Source of the DNA: Octopus vulgaris
Taxonomy: Eukaryota
Assembly (NCBI GenBank): GCA_951406725.2
Contig: OX597840.1
Coordinates: 29,760,001 to 29,824,000 of the forward strand
DNA length: 64,000 bases
Direction: 5' to 3'
In this document: positions 51,741 through 64,000 of the stretch, piece by piece
How the letters are laid out: the number at the start of each line of letters is the position of its first letter
Position numbering within the stretch: the stretch's first letter is position 1
The notes under the pieces: model-generated
Told to the model about the DNA's origin: nothing
The model's database searches: none
What the model saw: only the letters and a program-made list of their open reading frames with translations
Position numbers and translations under genes: made by a program

Positions 51741-53126
51741 GGGTATAGAGAACCGGTTCTATAAAATGAAAACTTCAACACGCATCAAGTCAGCATTGGA
51801 TCATCTTACAAGTGGTCCCTTCCTGAAACCACAACCTTTATCTAGTGTTATTTTCATTGATGGAAGCATTCCTGCCTCATCACATTCTCTTGGAATTCCT
51901 TGACATCTTGAAATCTTCTTTGCTTCTAGTGAGATTCATTTCAACCCTTGGTTACTTGTACTTGTGGCGACATTCAACCTGGGCAGGTTTAGTCGGCTTC
52001 TTCTACTCATGGAAGAAGTGCCGTGGGAATATGTGGAATTCACAAGCGGTCCGCAACAATCCTGCATGTGGAGACATCCTGTTTGCCGCTGATTATCCGC
52101 AGACGCAGGAACAGAACGACCGAGGAGCTGCCGGTTGCTGAAGCAGACACTCCGAGAATTTTCACCAGAGCCCTGTCTGCCAGGTTGTGGCCCTAATACC
52201 ACTTGGTGTCGGACCAATCCGCCTTGGGTGGCCCTACCAGGAACCGAAGTTCCTGACGGCATAGCTCTGACACTACCCGTTGCCAGCATCCACACCACAG
52301 TGAGGAGGGGATGGACTTTGGGGATGCAAGCCTTGGTTGTGAGATCATAGCCATAGATTCATGCTTTGTCACCTGTTATGACTGTTTTTCAAAATGTTTT
52401 GCCATTCTTGACTCAATCAAGGAGATCTTGTGCAGATGGAACCCGATCGTCTTCTTGAGATGACCACAGTCTTCACACTCTACCTCCAATCACTGCTTTA
52501 AACAAGGGAAGTCAGTGAGAATAGTATAACTTGGTGCACCTGCGTGACAGAGTTCAGTCAATCTGTACCAAGGAGTTTCACACTACATAGTTACCATGCC
52601 AACTGTACTAATAATTTTTTTTATAATACCTCATATATGTGTGGGTATGTGTGTATGCATACATACATACATACACACATACAGATATAGAAAGATAGAT
52701 GGATACATAGATAGATAGATAGATAGATAAATAGATAGATGGATAGAGTGATAGATAGATGAATAGATAGATAGACTAAAAAAAAAGCTGCTTATTATTT
52801 ATTTTGAATTACTTTTACAAAACCTAAGCAATTATTAAAGTTTTTACCATCAACAAAAGTTTTAGAAATTCAAATTTCAATATATTTTAATCAAAATATT
52901 TTTCAAGCATTTTCCTTATTTCCTTTTTTTGTAGATTCAAGTACATGCTTCAATCAGAAAATATCTTTTATTCACTGCCATGAAATAAGAAAACAAATCT
53001 TTATTCACTGCGACATATGTCTGTCTTGTTGAAGTAGAACAGACTGGAATAGAGTCAGACTCTCTTCCAGTCTGTTCTACTTCAACAGAGCAAAGCCATG
53101 ATCCATGATATTGAGATATAAGTTTG

Positions 53127-53520
53127 CTCTTTTATTCTTTTACTTGTTTCAGTCATTTGACTGTGGCCATGGTGGAGCACAGCCTTTAGTCGAGCAAATC
53201 AACCCCAGGACTTATTCTTTGGGAGCCTAATACTTATTCTATCGGTGTCTTTTACCAAACCACTAAGTTATGGGGACTTAAACACCGGTTGTCAAGTGAT
53301 GTTGGGGGGACAAACACACACACACAAACATATACACACACACTTATATATATATATATGACGGGCTTCTTTCAGTTTCCGTCAACCAAATCCACTCACA
53401 AGGATTCGGTCAGCCCGAGGCTATAGTAGAAGACACTTGCCCAAGGTGCCACGCAGTGGGACTGAACCTGGAACCATGTGGTTTGTAAGCAAGCTACTTA
53501 CCACACAGCCACTCCTACAC
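53127..53520 (-). mobile_element. SINE family A
   Basis: Consensus match. Confidence 0.87.
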
Positions 53521-53864
53521 CTGCTGTTTTCTTTGGTTTTAATTCAGATGTATTTTTCCCCATTGTTGACCTTTTCAACTGGTGCATTTTATGTAACCCT
53601 AGGCATATTTCATCCCAACACTGGTTGTAGGGAGGCTGGTTGTCACAGAGACATATCATGGTCCTTGTAGAACATATTAACAGCACAGTGTGGCCACTTT
53701 ATTTACATATATTTATTGTAGTTGGAAATTTGTCATCTGTTAGGAAAAAGATGACCAGTTTGGGTGAAGGAAATGATGGTGAAACTCCACAGGGATGTTA
53801 GGTTAAATTTCCTCACCTACACTGCAGGAATCAATTTTCATTGGTTGTTGTTTGATAGGTACTG

Positions 53865-54312
53865 TGGCGAGCTGGCAGAATCGTTAGCACGTTGGGCGAA
53901 ATGCTTTGCGGTATTTCGTCTGCCGCTACATTCTGAGTTCAAATTCCACCGAGGTCGACTTTGCCTTTCATCCTTTCGGGGTTGATAAATTAAGTACCAG
54001 TTACGCACTGGGGTTGATATAATCGACTTAATCCGATTTGTCTGTCCTTGTTTCTCCTCTCTGTGTTTAGCCCCTTTTGGGCAATGAAGAAATAAGAATC
54101 GTTAGTACGCTGAATGAAATGCTTAGTGGTATTTTGCCTGTCGCTATGTTCTGAGTTCAAATTCCGTTGAGGTCGACTTTGCCTTTCATCCTTTCGAGGT
54201 CGATAAATTAAGTACCAGTTGTGCACTGGGGTTGATGTAATCGACAATCCCTTTGTGTGTCCTTGTTTGTCCCTTCTGTGTTTAGCCCCTTGTGGGTAGT
54301 AATGAAATAGGT
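53865..54312 (+). mobile_element. SINE family B dimer
   Basis: Two tandem Meta-like units. Confidence 0.85.
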
Positions 54313-55069
54313 ACAGCTGCTTGGTTAGAAAGTTCCCTTCTCACCCATGGGAATCAGACAAAATTTGCTGAAGTTGCTTTTCAAAGTCCAGATGCCCTTC
54401 CTGTCCCCAACTTTCATCTATTTCCAAGCAAGCCAATACTTTTCCATTACCAGATAGGTTTTTCATGGAACACTACAAATGAACAATCTTGCTTTGCTTT
54501 TATGACAGTGATGCTCATTTACAGCTAACACACCACTCGGGTCAGGAATTAAATGTAATATGTAGACTATGAGGTCTAACCACAAAGCCAAGTTATTAAC
54601 TGTTTGTATAATTAATGACTTGGAGGCACAGGGTAATTCCTTATGCAACCATAATCTACTATAAAGTATATTGAACGTTTTTATAAGTCACTACCATGTT
54701 CTACTGTGTTAGCAGTGCTCTTAAATCACTTGTTAAGATTATCTCAACAGGTTTTCTTCAGAGATTATTGCCAGTGCTGACTGTGTTACGATGTTTTGTA
54801 TTTGAGACACTAGATGTAGACAATAATGAGATCGTAAATAATAAAAAGGTGTAAATGGGTTATATGCCATATTCCGGGAGTTTTTGCTCCTTCATCAGCA
54901 CCCATCCAACCCATTAACCATCCACGAACTCATTACTTAAATGACCCTCGAAATACAGTGGTGCAACATTATTGGATGCACCAATTTTACATCTTAAAGG
55001 CATTCCTGAAAGCTGGTCCATAAGCATTAATGACTTGTAGAGACACGGTATTTCGTTATGCAACCATCT

Positions 55070-55492
55070 ATCTATCTATCCGCTCAGTCGAAGTCGACTC
55101 TTAGTTACTCGTTGGATCAGTGTCCTCCAGTCAGTTCTATCCTGGGCCGCTTCTTTCAGATTGGCTATGTCCATTCTGGTATCACTCTTGATGGTGTCAA
55201 GCCAGCGGGTTCTTGGTCGGCCTCTTCCTCTCTTGCCACTGACCATTCCATATATATATATCTATCCGCTCAGTCGAAGTCGACTCTCAGTCACTCATTG
55301 GATCAGTGTCCTCCAGTCAATTCTATCCTGGGCCGCTTCTTTCAGATTGGCTATGTCCATTCTGGTATCACTCTTGATGGTGTCAAGCCAGCGGGTTCTT
55401 GGTCGGCCTCTTCCTCTCTTGCCACTGACCATTCTGAGCATGATGTCCTTCTCCAGGGATTTTCTCCGCATAATATGACCAAAATATGCCAT
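55070..55492 (-). mobile_element. BovB-like RTE 3' end with tandem partial duplication
   Basis: YFGHIMRRKSLEKDIML..GKRGRGRPRTRWLDTI..AAQDR; 55075-55248 duplicates 55258-55433. Confidence 0.85.
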
Positions 55493-56029
55493 AATATACT
55501 ATAAATACCACATACATTAATATACATTAATACCACATACATAATATACATTAATACCACAATCTACTGTGTTAGCAGTGCTCTTACACCACTTGTTAGG
55601 GTCAACTCTATAGGATTTCTAGAGAGATTCGAACCAGCACTTATTTTGTTATGATGTTTCATATCCAAGATGCCAGATGAAAACGACTATCAAACATCAC
55701 TTGTGAAGGTCAAACTCGTGATGGCTATAATTCCTCTGGAAAATCTGTAGAGATGACCTAAACAAGTATTTGTATAATATACAGAAATATATATTAAACG
55801 AGCAAAACGCCCCCCCCCCCTCCGTCCAATGGACAGTGCTGAGTTGTCAAACATTTAAACCAAATTTTTTCAATACAACTTGTCCGACTGTCCCATTTTG
55901 TGGCATTATTTCAAGCCAGCTGGCTTTTTTTGCGCAAACTGCATGTGCATTTTTCTCGCATATGCATAGTATCGATTGCAACAGCTGATGTACTTGCGCA
56001 TACAAATGCATGTTCTCACTGCTTTATCG

Positions 56030-56465
56030 TCATGCAATGCTAGGGGTACAAACACATACACACAAACATACACACACACACATATATATACATATACATA
56101 TATACGATGGGCTTCTTTCAGTTTCCGTCTACCAAATCCACTCACAAGGCTTTGGTCGGCCTGAGGCTATATTAGAAGACACTTGCCCACGGTGCCATGC
56201 AGTGGGACTGAACCCGGAACCGTGTGGTTGGTTAGCAAGCTACTTACCACACAGCCACTCCTGCGCCTATATATATGTATGTATATATATGTATATATAT
56301 ATGACAGGCTCCTTTCAGTTTCCGTCTACCAAATCCACTCACAAGGCTTTGGTCGGCCCGAGGCTATAGTAGAAGACACTTGCCCAAGGTGCCACGCAGT
56401 GATACTGAACCCGGAACCATGTGGTTGGTAAGCAAGCTACTTACAACACAGCCACTCCTGCACCT
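56030..56465 (-). mobile_element. SINE family A with duplicated 5' half
   Basis: Two tandem head+CORE segments (56100-56268 and 56300-56465). Confidence 0.83.
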
Positions 56466-56882
56466 ACTGACATCATAACACATAACTCTCAGCCTGGCCC
56501 AGGAACTGAGCCTAAGATGTTTGTATCTTTAACCAAGCACCTTACCCACCAAGCTATAATCTTTCAAACCGGGGTCTTAATGAATAACTAACTCAATTGA
56601 TCGAGTTCTTTAAATTCAATGGCATGGATTTTGATTTCTTCATTTTCCTTAAAGAACAAATAAATAGCCACATTGGATTCCTGCAACAGAAAATGGAATT
56701 CGTAAAAGAATTTTTCTGCTGCATAAAAGAATTCAGCAAAAATATTTACTAAGAAGATCAAAAAAAAAATCTTTGTTCTTCAGTTTGCAAATAATGGTTA
56801 GAGATCAATAATAAACAGTTGCGATTTTTGTTTGTGTAAATCTATCGCAATTGGGAAATGTATCACACATGTAATATGCATG

Positions 56883-56884
<2 letters not shown>

Positions 56885-56926
<42 letters not shown>

Positions 56927-57155
56927 TACATACATACATACATACATACACATACACAAACACATACACACACATACATATACATACATACATACATACA
57001 CACACATGCACACACACATATACATACACACACATGCACACACACATACATACACAAACACATACACAGACACACACACATACATACACACACATGCACA
57101 CACACATACATACACAAACACATACACAGACACACACACATACATATATACACAA

Positions 57156-57194
<39 letters not shown>

Positions 57195-57505
57195 TACATA
57201 CACAAACACATACACACACATACATACATACACAAACACACACACATACATACATACACAAACACACACACACACACACACATACATACACACACATACA
57301 TACACAAACACATACACACACATACATACATACACAGATATGTACATATATTTATACATATCTTCATTGATATCATTGTTGTCGTCTTCAACGTTATCGT
57401 CATTCCTGTCCTCATCAATTTAATGTCCATAAATGATGATGATGTTGATTATCTTATTTGTATATGTGAGTGCATGCATATATTTGCATGTATGTATATA
57501 CATAC

Positions 57506-57544
<39 letters not shown>

Positions 57545-57700
57545 CATATGTGTGTTTGTGTATACATTAATGTGCATAGATATGTTTGTGTGTACATATA
57601 CAAATACATATATATTGAGAGATATATATATGTGTGTGTATATATGTATATATATGTGTGTGTGTATGTATGTATGTACATATGTATATGTATAAACATT

Positions 57701-57744
<44 letters not shown>

Positions 57745-57822
57745 TACGTATATCTATCTATATATATGCACATATATATATTTATATATGCATATATGCA
57801 GATATGTATATTTATATATATG

Positions 57823-57858
<36 letters not shown>

Positions 57859-58014
57859 AATACACAAGCACAGACACAGAGATATACACACACACATACA
57901 CAAAGACACACATGCACAATTCATTCTATATATCATTTTAATAGCAACTTGTCAAATACGGAAAACAACTTCTTCATATTTATATACATATATATACAAG
58001 ATAAGAAAATGGAG

Positions 58015-58066
<52 letters not shown>

Positions 58067-58637
58067 TTGTTTTCTTCTTATCATCATTATTATTATTATT
58101 ATTATTACTATTTGAAAATCGAGGAAGAAGAATTTATTGAGAATAATATATAATGGTGGTCTTTAAACAATTGACAAATAGTCACTTTTTACTATTACAT
58201 TCGCTTACATACACATACGGAGGCACAGTACTAAAAAACATATACCACGTCTGCTGAAATGGTAATGGTACCGAAGAAGAATATGGCGGAAATAATCATA
58301 ATAAGGAGAAAAAGAAAAAAGAAAGAGAAAAAGAAGAAATGCTATGTTTTATGAAAGTGATTTTTTTGTGTGTTTTTTGCCTGGTTTCTTTTTGGTGTAT
58401 TTTTCTTTCTCTTCTTTTTCTGCGAATATATTTCTAAAGCAAAGAATTATACAAAGATACAAAGAACGGTCCGGAATATATTCTATGATATTTTCAGGAT
58501 AATACAAGAAAATGAGAATTGATTTCATATCTAGGAACTAACTAAAAGCCACCAAATTGCCTCTGCACCATATTGCACGGAGATATGTATACACAGCATT
58601 CATGCTGGCAGCAGAAAATATATATAAAATATATATA

Positions 58638-58670
<33 letters not shown>

Positions 58671-59231
58671 ATGTGTGTGTGTGTATCTATGTATGTATGT
58701 ATGTATGTATATGTATAAATGCATATATGAGAATGTATGTATGCATATATGTATGTGTGTGTATATATATATGTATATATACACCACATGTTTATATATA
58801 TGCATATATCAATATAACTATATATACATGTGTGTATGTATGTATATACATATATGTGTATATGTATGTATATACATATATGTGTATATGTATGTATATA
58901 CATATATGTGTATATGTATGTATATACATATATGTGTATATGTATGTATATACATATGTGTATATGTATGTATATACATATGTGTATATGTATGTATATA
59001 CATATGTGTATATGTATGTATATATATATGTGTGTATGTATGTATATATATATATGTGTGTATTATGTATATACAGATATGTATGTATGTATATACATAT
59101 ATGTGTGTATGTATGTATATATGTGTGTATGTATGTATATATGTGTGTATGTATGTATATATGTGTGTATGTATGTATATACATATATGTGTGTATGTAT
59201 GTATGTATATATATATATGAGTGTTTTTATG

Positions 59232-59262
<31 letters not shown>

Positions 59263-59295
59263 ATTAATGCATATATAAGAATGTATGTATGTATA

Positions 59296-59326
<31 letters not shown>

Positions 59327-59367
59327 GTGTGTGTGTATAAATGCATATATGTATGTGTGTGTGTGTA

Positions 59368-59415
<48 letters not shown>

Positions 59416-59520
59416 CATACACGCATATATATATATCTATATATATGTATGTATGTACATACACGCACATATGTTTATATATATATATATGCATATATCA
59501 ACATAACTATACACATATAT
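56885..59520. repeat. Compound (CA)/(TA)/(TG)/(TACA) microsatellite fields (56885-57910 and 58620-59520)
   Basis: Direct inspection. Confidence 0.93.
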
Positions 59521-60092
59521 ATAGTGTTATCTCTACCAAAATTAATGTAAACTCATTGTGAAAGGCAAATTTACCGTTGTGTTTGTCTTCAGAGATAATA
59601 TCTCTGTGATGTACATGCTATGTTTAAAAACACAATGTATATATATTGGAGGCAGATGACTATCAACCTAAGCTGATGAGAATGCTAAATGTATTTCTAC
59701 CTTGCTGGATGTCATCAAGAGCAGGCACTCACACTGAATCACAAGCCAACATGAAATTTCAATTATCAAGTAAATGGTCCCTGTGGATTGTAGTTGTGGT
59801 TGTTGACTGTATTATCATAGTCGTTGTGGTTCCCAGTGCCATGTAAATGGTGTCTGTGCTGGTGGCATGTAAAAGCACTCATTACACTGCTGGAATGGTT
59901 GGTGTTTGGAAGGGCATCCAACCATAGAAACCATGCCAAATCAGACTGGAATCTGGTGTAGGTCTGTGGCTCATCAGCTCCAGTCAAACCGTCTAACCCA
60001 TGGTGATGATGATGAAGATGATGGTATATGTATATACACACACACACACATGCATACACATATTTATGGATAGATATGCATATATATATATA

Positions 60093-60282
60093 CTTTATTT
60101 AAAGCAGCAGAAAATTCAACAAAATCTGTTACTCTGAGTTTCACGTTCCCGTTCGTCGGACGTGAAACTCAGAGTAACAGGTTTTGTTGAATTTTCTGCT
60201 GCTTTAAATAAAGCATATTACTCTACCACTGGTATTTGAGTACTCTTTTTTCCACCTTGTTTCACATTTATGTGTTTACTCC
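60093..60282. mobile_element. Palindromic Penelope-like terminal fragment
   Basis: ~54-bp inverted arms; same family as 17742-17925. Confidence 0.65.
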
Positions 60283-60357
60283 ATATAGATAGATAGATAC
60301 ACACACACATATGTATATATAGAAATGCACACACACATACATACATACATACATACA

Positions 60358-60858
60358 TATCATCATCATCATCGTTTAACGTCCGCTTTCCATACTAGCA
60401 AGGGTTGGACGATTTTGACTGAGGGCTGGTGAACCAGATGGCTGCACCAGGCTCCAATCTTGATCTGGCAGTGTTTCTACAGCTGGATGCCCTTCCTAAT
60501 GCCAACCACTCCAAAAGTGTAGTGGGTGCTTTCTACGTGCCACTGGCAATGACCTCGCTTGAATCTTTTTACGCATGCCACCAGCACAGGTGCCAGTAAG
60601 GCGATGTTGGTAATGATCATGCTCAAATGGTGCCTTTTTACGTGCCACCGGCATGGAGCCAGTTGGCTGCTCTGGCAATGATCATGCACGGATGGTGCTC
60701 TTGGCACCCTACTAGCACGGGCACAAGTGCCAGTAAGGCGACTCTGGTAATGATCACACTCGAATGGTGCCCTTTTACGTGCCACTGGCATGGAAGCCGG
60801 TTAGCTGTTCTATCAACGGTCAGGCTCGTATGGTGCTCTTTGCACCCCACTAGCACGA
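60358..60858 (-). mobile_element. RTE 3' UTR fragment
   Basis: (CAT)n then CGTTTAACGTCC...CAGCTGGATGCCCTTCCTAA; another copy at 61633-61870. Confidence 0.83.
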
Positions 60859-61872
60859 ATAAAATAATCAATTAAGTATTAAGTAAACAGAAAATGGAAT
60901 TGGTATAACTCTTGATCTTGTACAACAATCGTTTCAACCCATCCTGCAACTGTCTTTTACAGGTGGGATGCTGTGCATCGTATTGTGTTGTCTCAATCTT
61001 GCTGACAGGATCACATCAGGTGCATTCATACATTAAGTGGTGTCTCACTAAAGATCTTGAGTTAAGACAGTCATGTTCTTATTTGCCTGTTTCATTAAGT
61101 GGGCAAATAACAAACATGACTGCCTAAAATCAAGATGAAAAATAAAAACATTTACCATCTATTTCCTGGATCATGGCTTTTGAATCTATATTAGCAAATA
61201 AAATAATTTGCTAGGCGGAGTCTTCATCAGCAGGTATGCCAAGATTAAACATATAAATACGACGCAATCCAGTATGTGCCTCTTGCTTATACATTTTAAT
61301 TTTTCCATTCCACCCTCCAAGTGCAGTTTTTTGTCACCAGCAAATAAAATAATGCTGGCATTACTTTGAAAATTTGCCAAAAATTATCAATAATTAATAA
61401 TATCAGGGTAAGAAAGAAATTTTAGAAATTTTTACTACCATTGGCCTAGCATGTAGAAAAATTAGTCAATAGACTATATTTATTATTCATATAAATACAG
61501 ATGGTAAATGTTTTTATTTTTCATTCCCTTCAAAATTTATCCCTAATAGTGGTTTGGATTTTGGCTATTCTTTCTAGTGTGCTAGGTATCCTATGATGGT
61601 TACCTATTATATGTTTAAATGTACACTTTATATCATCATCATCATCATCATTTAACGTCCGTTTTCCACGCTAGCACGGGTTGGACGGTTTCGACCGGGG
61701 TCTGGGGAGCTCGGGACTGTTCCAGGCTCCAGTCTAGTCTGGCAGTGTTTCTACAGCTGGATGCCCTTCCTAACGCCAACCACTCCGCAAGTGTAGTGGG
61801 TGTTTTTTACGTGCCCCCTGCACAGGTGCCAGAGGGGTCTGGCATCGGCCACGTTCGGATGGTGCTTTTTAT

Positions 61873-62755
61873 GGGGGGGGGTGCAGAAATATAGGGGAGC
61901 ACCAGTGGGAGGGGTGGTTCAGAGGACAGGTACTAGGCAAGTAGAACGTAGGATATCGAGAGAGGGGTAATGCATGGTGAAATAGCGTATTGAAGAGGGG
62001 GCTTCAAAGAGTAGACACCTATAATGGTGGTGGGGGGGTGCAGAAATATAGGGGAGCACCAGTGGGAGGGGTGGTTCAGAGGACAGGTACTAGGCAAGTA
62101 GAACGTAGGATATCGAGAGAGGGGTAATGCATGGTGAAATAGCGTATTGAAGAGGGGGTTCAAAGAGTAGACACCTATAATGGTGGTGGGGGGTGCAGAA
62201 ATATAGGGGAGCACCAGTGGGAGGGGTGGTTCAGAGGACAGGTTCTAGGCAAGTAGAACGTAGGATATCGAGAGAGGGGTAATGCATGGTGAAATAGCAT
62301 ATTGAAGAGGGGGGTTCAAAGAGTAGACACCTATAATGGTGGTGGGGGGTGCAGAAATATAGGGGAGCACCAGTGGGAGGGGTGGTTCAGAGGATAGGTT
62401 CTAGGCAAGTAGAACGTAGGATATCGAGAGAGGGGTAATGCATGGTGAAATAGCGTATTGAAGAGGGGGGTTCAAAGAGTAGACACCTATAATGGTGGTG
62501 GGGGGTGCAGAAATATAGGGGGAGCACCAGTGGGAGGGGTGGTTCAGAGGACAGGTTCTAGGCAAGTAGAACGTAGGATATCGAGAGAGGGGTAATGCAT
62601 GGTGAAATAGCGTATTGAAGAGGGGGTTCAAAGAGTAGACACCTATAATGGTGGTGGGGGGGTGCAGAAATATAGGGGAGCACCAGTGGGAGGGGTGGTT
62701 CAGAGGACAGGTTCTAGGCAAGTAGAACGTAGGATATCGAGAGAGGGGTAATGCA
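61873..62755. repeat. G-rich satellite, ~156-bp unit, about 5.6 copies
   Basis: TGCAGAAAT recurs at 61882, 62039, 62194, 62350, 62506 and 62663. Confidence 0.95.
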
Positions 62756-63280
62756 GCCAATTTCTATCAGCCCTGTAAGGGAGATAGATCTTAAATATCT
62801 ATAACGATAACTAGTGAGTTATACAGAATATGCAAAAACGAGGCGAGGCTGAAATAGTAAACAGAGTGGCGACTAGGGGGATCAGAATGATAATAATTAA
62901 TAAATAATAATAATAAATAGAAATACGGGATGAATTAAAGTTCAAGGATTTCTTATCTTGGGATCACTTCGTTTACGGACAGTCTTGGCAAAAGGAATTC
63001 GGAATCAAGAATGAGGCAGGTTACTAGCTTAAGTATGCATAGCCATGGCGAGGAGTAGGAAGAGAGGAGTCCAGACAGACAATGTAAAAAGAGGGGGAGA
63101 GAAGGGCGCGAAGAATCGGCAGCCAATTTCTATCAGCCCTGTAAGGGAGATAGATCTTAAATATCTATAACGATAACTAGTGAGTTATACAGAATATGCA
63201 AAAACGAGGCGAGGCTGAAATAGTAAACAGAGTGGCGACTAGGGGGATCAGAATAATAATAATTAATAAATAATAATATA
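62753..63280. repeat. Direct duplication, period ~365 bp
   Basis: GCAGCCAATTTCTATCAGCCC...GGATCAGAAT at about 62754 and 63119. Confidence 0.92.
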
Positions 63281-63775
63281 TATATATATATTAACAATTG
63301 AGGGTAAAATTAATTAGTTATTAATCAATTTCACCAAGTAGTGTTCAGTATGTAAAAGGACCATTTAAGGCGAATTCAAGGGGAAGGGGAGAGAACAAGA
63401 ATTCTTCGCTTGTACATTTTGAATTTGCTAGTACTGCCAGTTTGAAGATGTCTGTCTGAGGTGATACATTATCGGATGGTATGTTCATTTTTTTAGTGCT
63501 TTCAAATCCAAAATTAAGAAATGTTGAGCTGACGAAAGAAATGCTGAGTTTTAGTTCGGCTAATCTAGAAACGTTGACGTTCTCAAATGATCTTTGTACT
63601 TGTGATATTTTACTGTTTTTACCTCCATACCTTCGTGGGTTATTTTTGAGTAAACATTATCTGAGAGAAGTTTTCTTAAAGTAGTGGAAATGGCTAAAAA
63701 CTTTTTGGCTGCTATTTCTAGAAAGTTCAGTATGTGGCAAAGTAATTTATTTTACTAAGCCCTAATTATATAATG

Positions 63776-63805
<30 letters not shown>

Positions 63806-63806
<1 letters not shown>

Positions 63807-64000
63807 TCTTTACTCTTTTACTCTTTTACTTGTTTCAGTCATTTGACTGCGGCCATGCTGGAGCACCGCCTTTAATCGAGCAACTCGACCCCGGGACTTT
63901 TTCTTTTGTAAGCCCAGTACTTATTCTATCGGTCTCTTTGGCCGAACCGCTAAGTGACGGGGACGTAAACACACCAGCATCGGTTGTCAAGCAATGCTAG
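63806..64000 (-). mobile_element. SINE family A 3' half, runs off the window edge
   Basis: Consensus match. Confidence 0.88.

Noticed and set aside
51936-52330. GC-richer segment with 70-120 aa ORFs
   Set aside because: No recognisable domain; may be a LINE 5' region but unsupported
56798-59561. Many long Cys/Val/Tyr/His/Thr ORFs
   Set aside because: Dinucleotide repeats that lack stop codons

Overview
AT-rich, microsatellite-dense eukaryotic DNA, intergenic or deep intronic. The SINE/LINE repertoire suggests a coleoid cephalopod, most likely Octopus (inference, not confirmed). I find no supportable host protein-coding exon, rRNA, intact tRNA or CRISPR array; nearly all ORF-track entries are simple-repeat artefacts or transposon fragments. 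Contents: (1) four tRNA-derived SINE families with about 40 copies; (2) RTE LINEs, including one young 5'-truncated copy with an intact 524-aa RT ORF carrying a PHD-type finger; (3) fragments of CR1, Tx1/L1, R4/Dong and Penelope elements and a decayed Ty3/Gypsy; (4) Tc1/mariner remnants and non-autonomous Helitrons; (5) a satellite of piggyBac-type MITEs and a G-rich 156-bp satellite. The best leads are a Penelope 3' module (GIY-YIG stop, tRNA-Ser-like Pol III box, hammerhead ribozyme), the PHD-in-RT LINE, a twin-primed RTE with three C2H2 fingers, and an unclassified ~530-bp element found next to (TAA)n. Coordinates were read by eye and boundaries are approximate.
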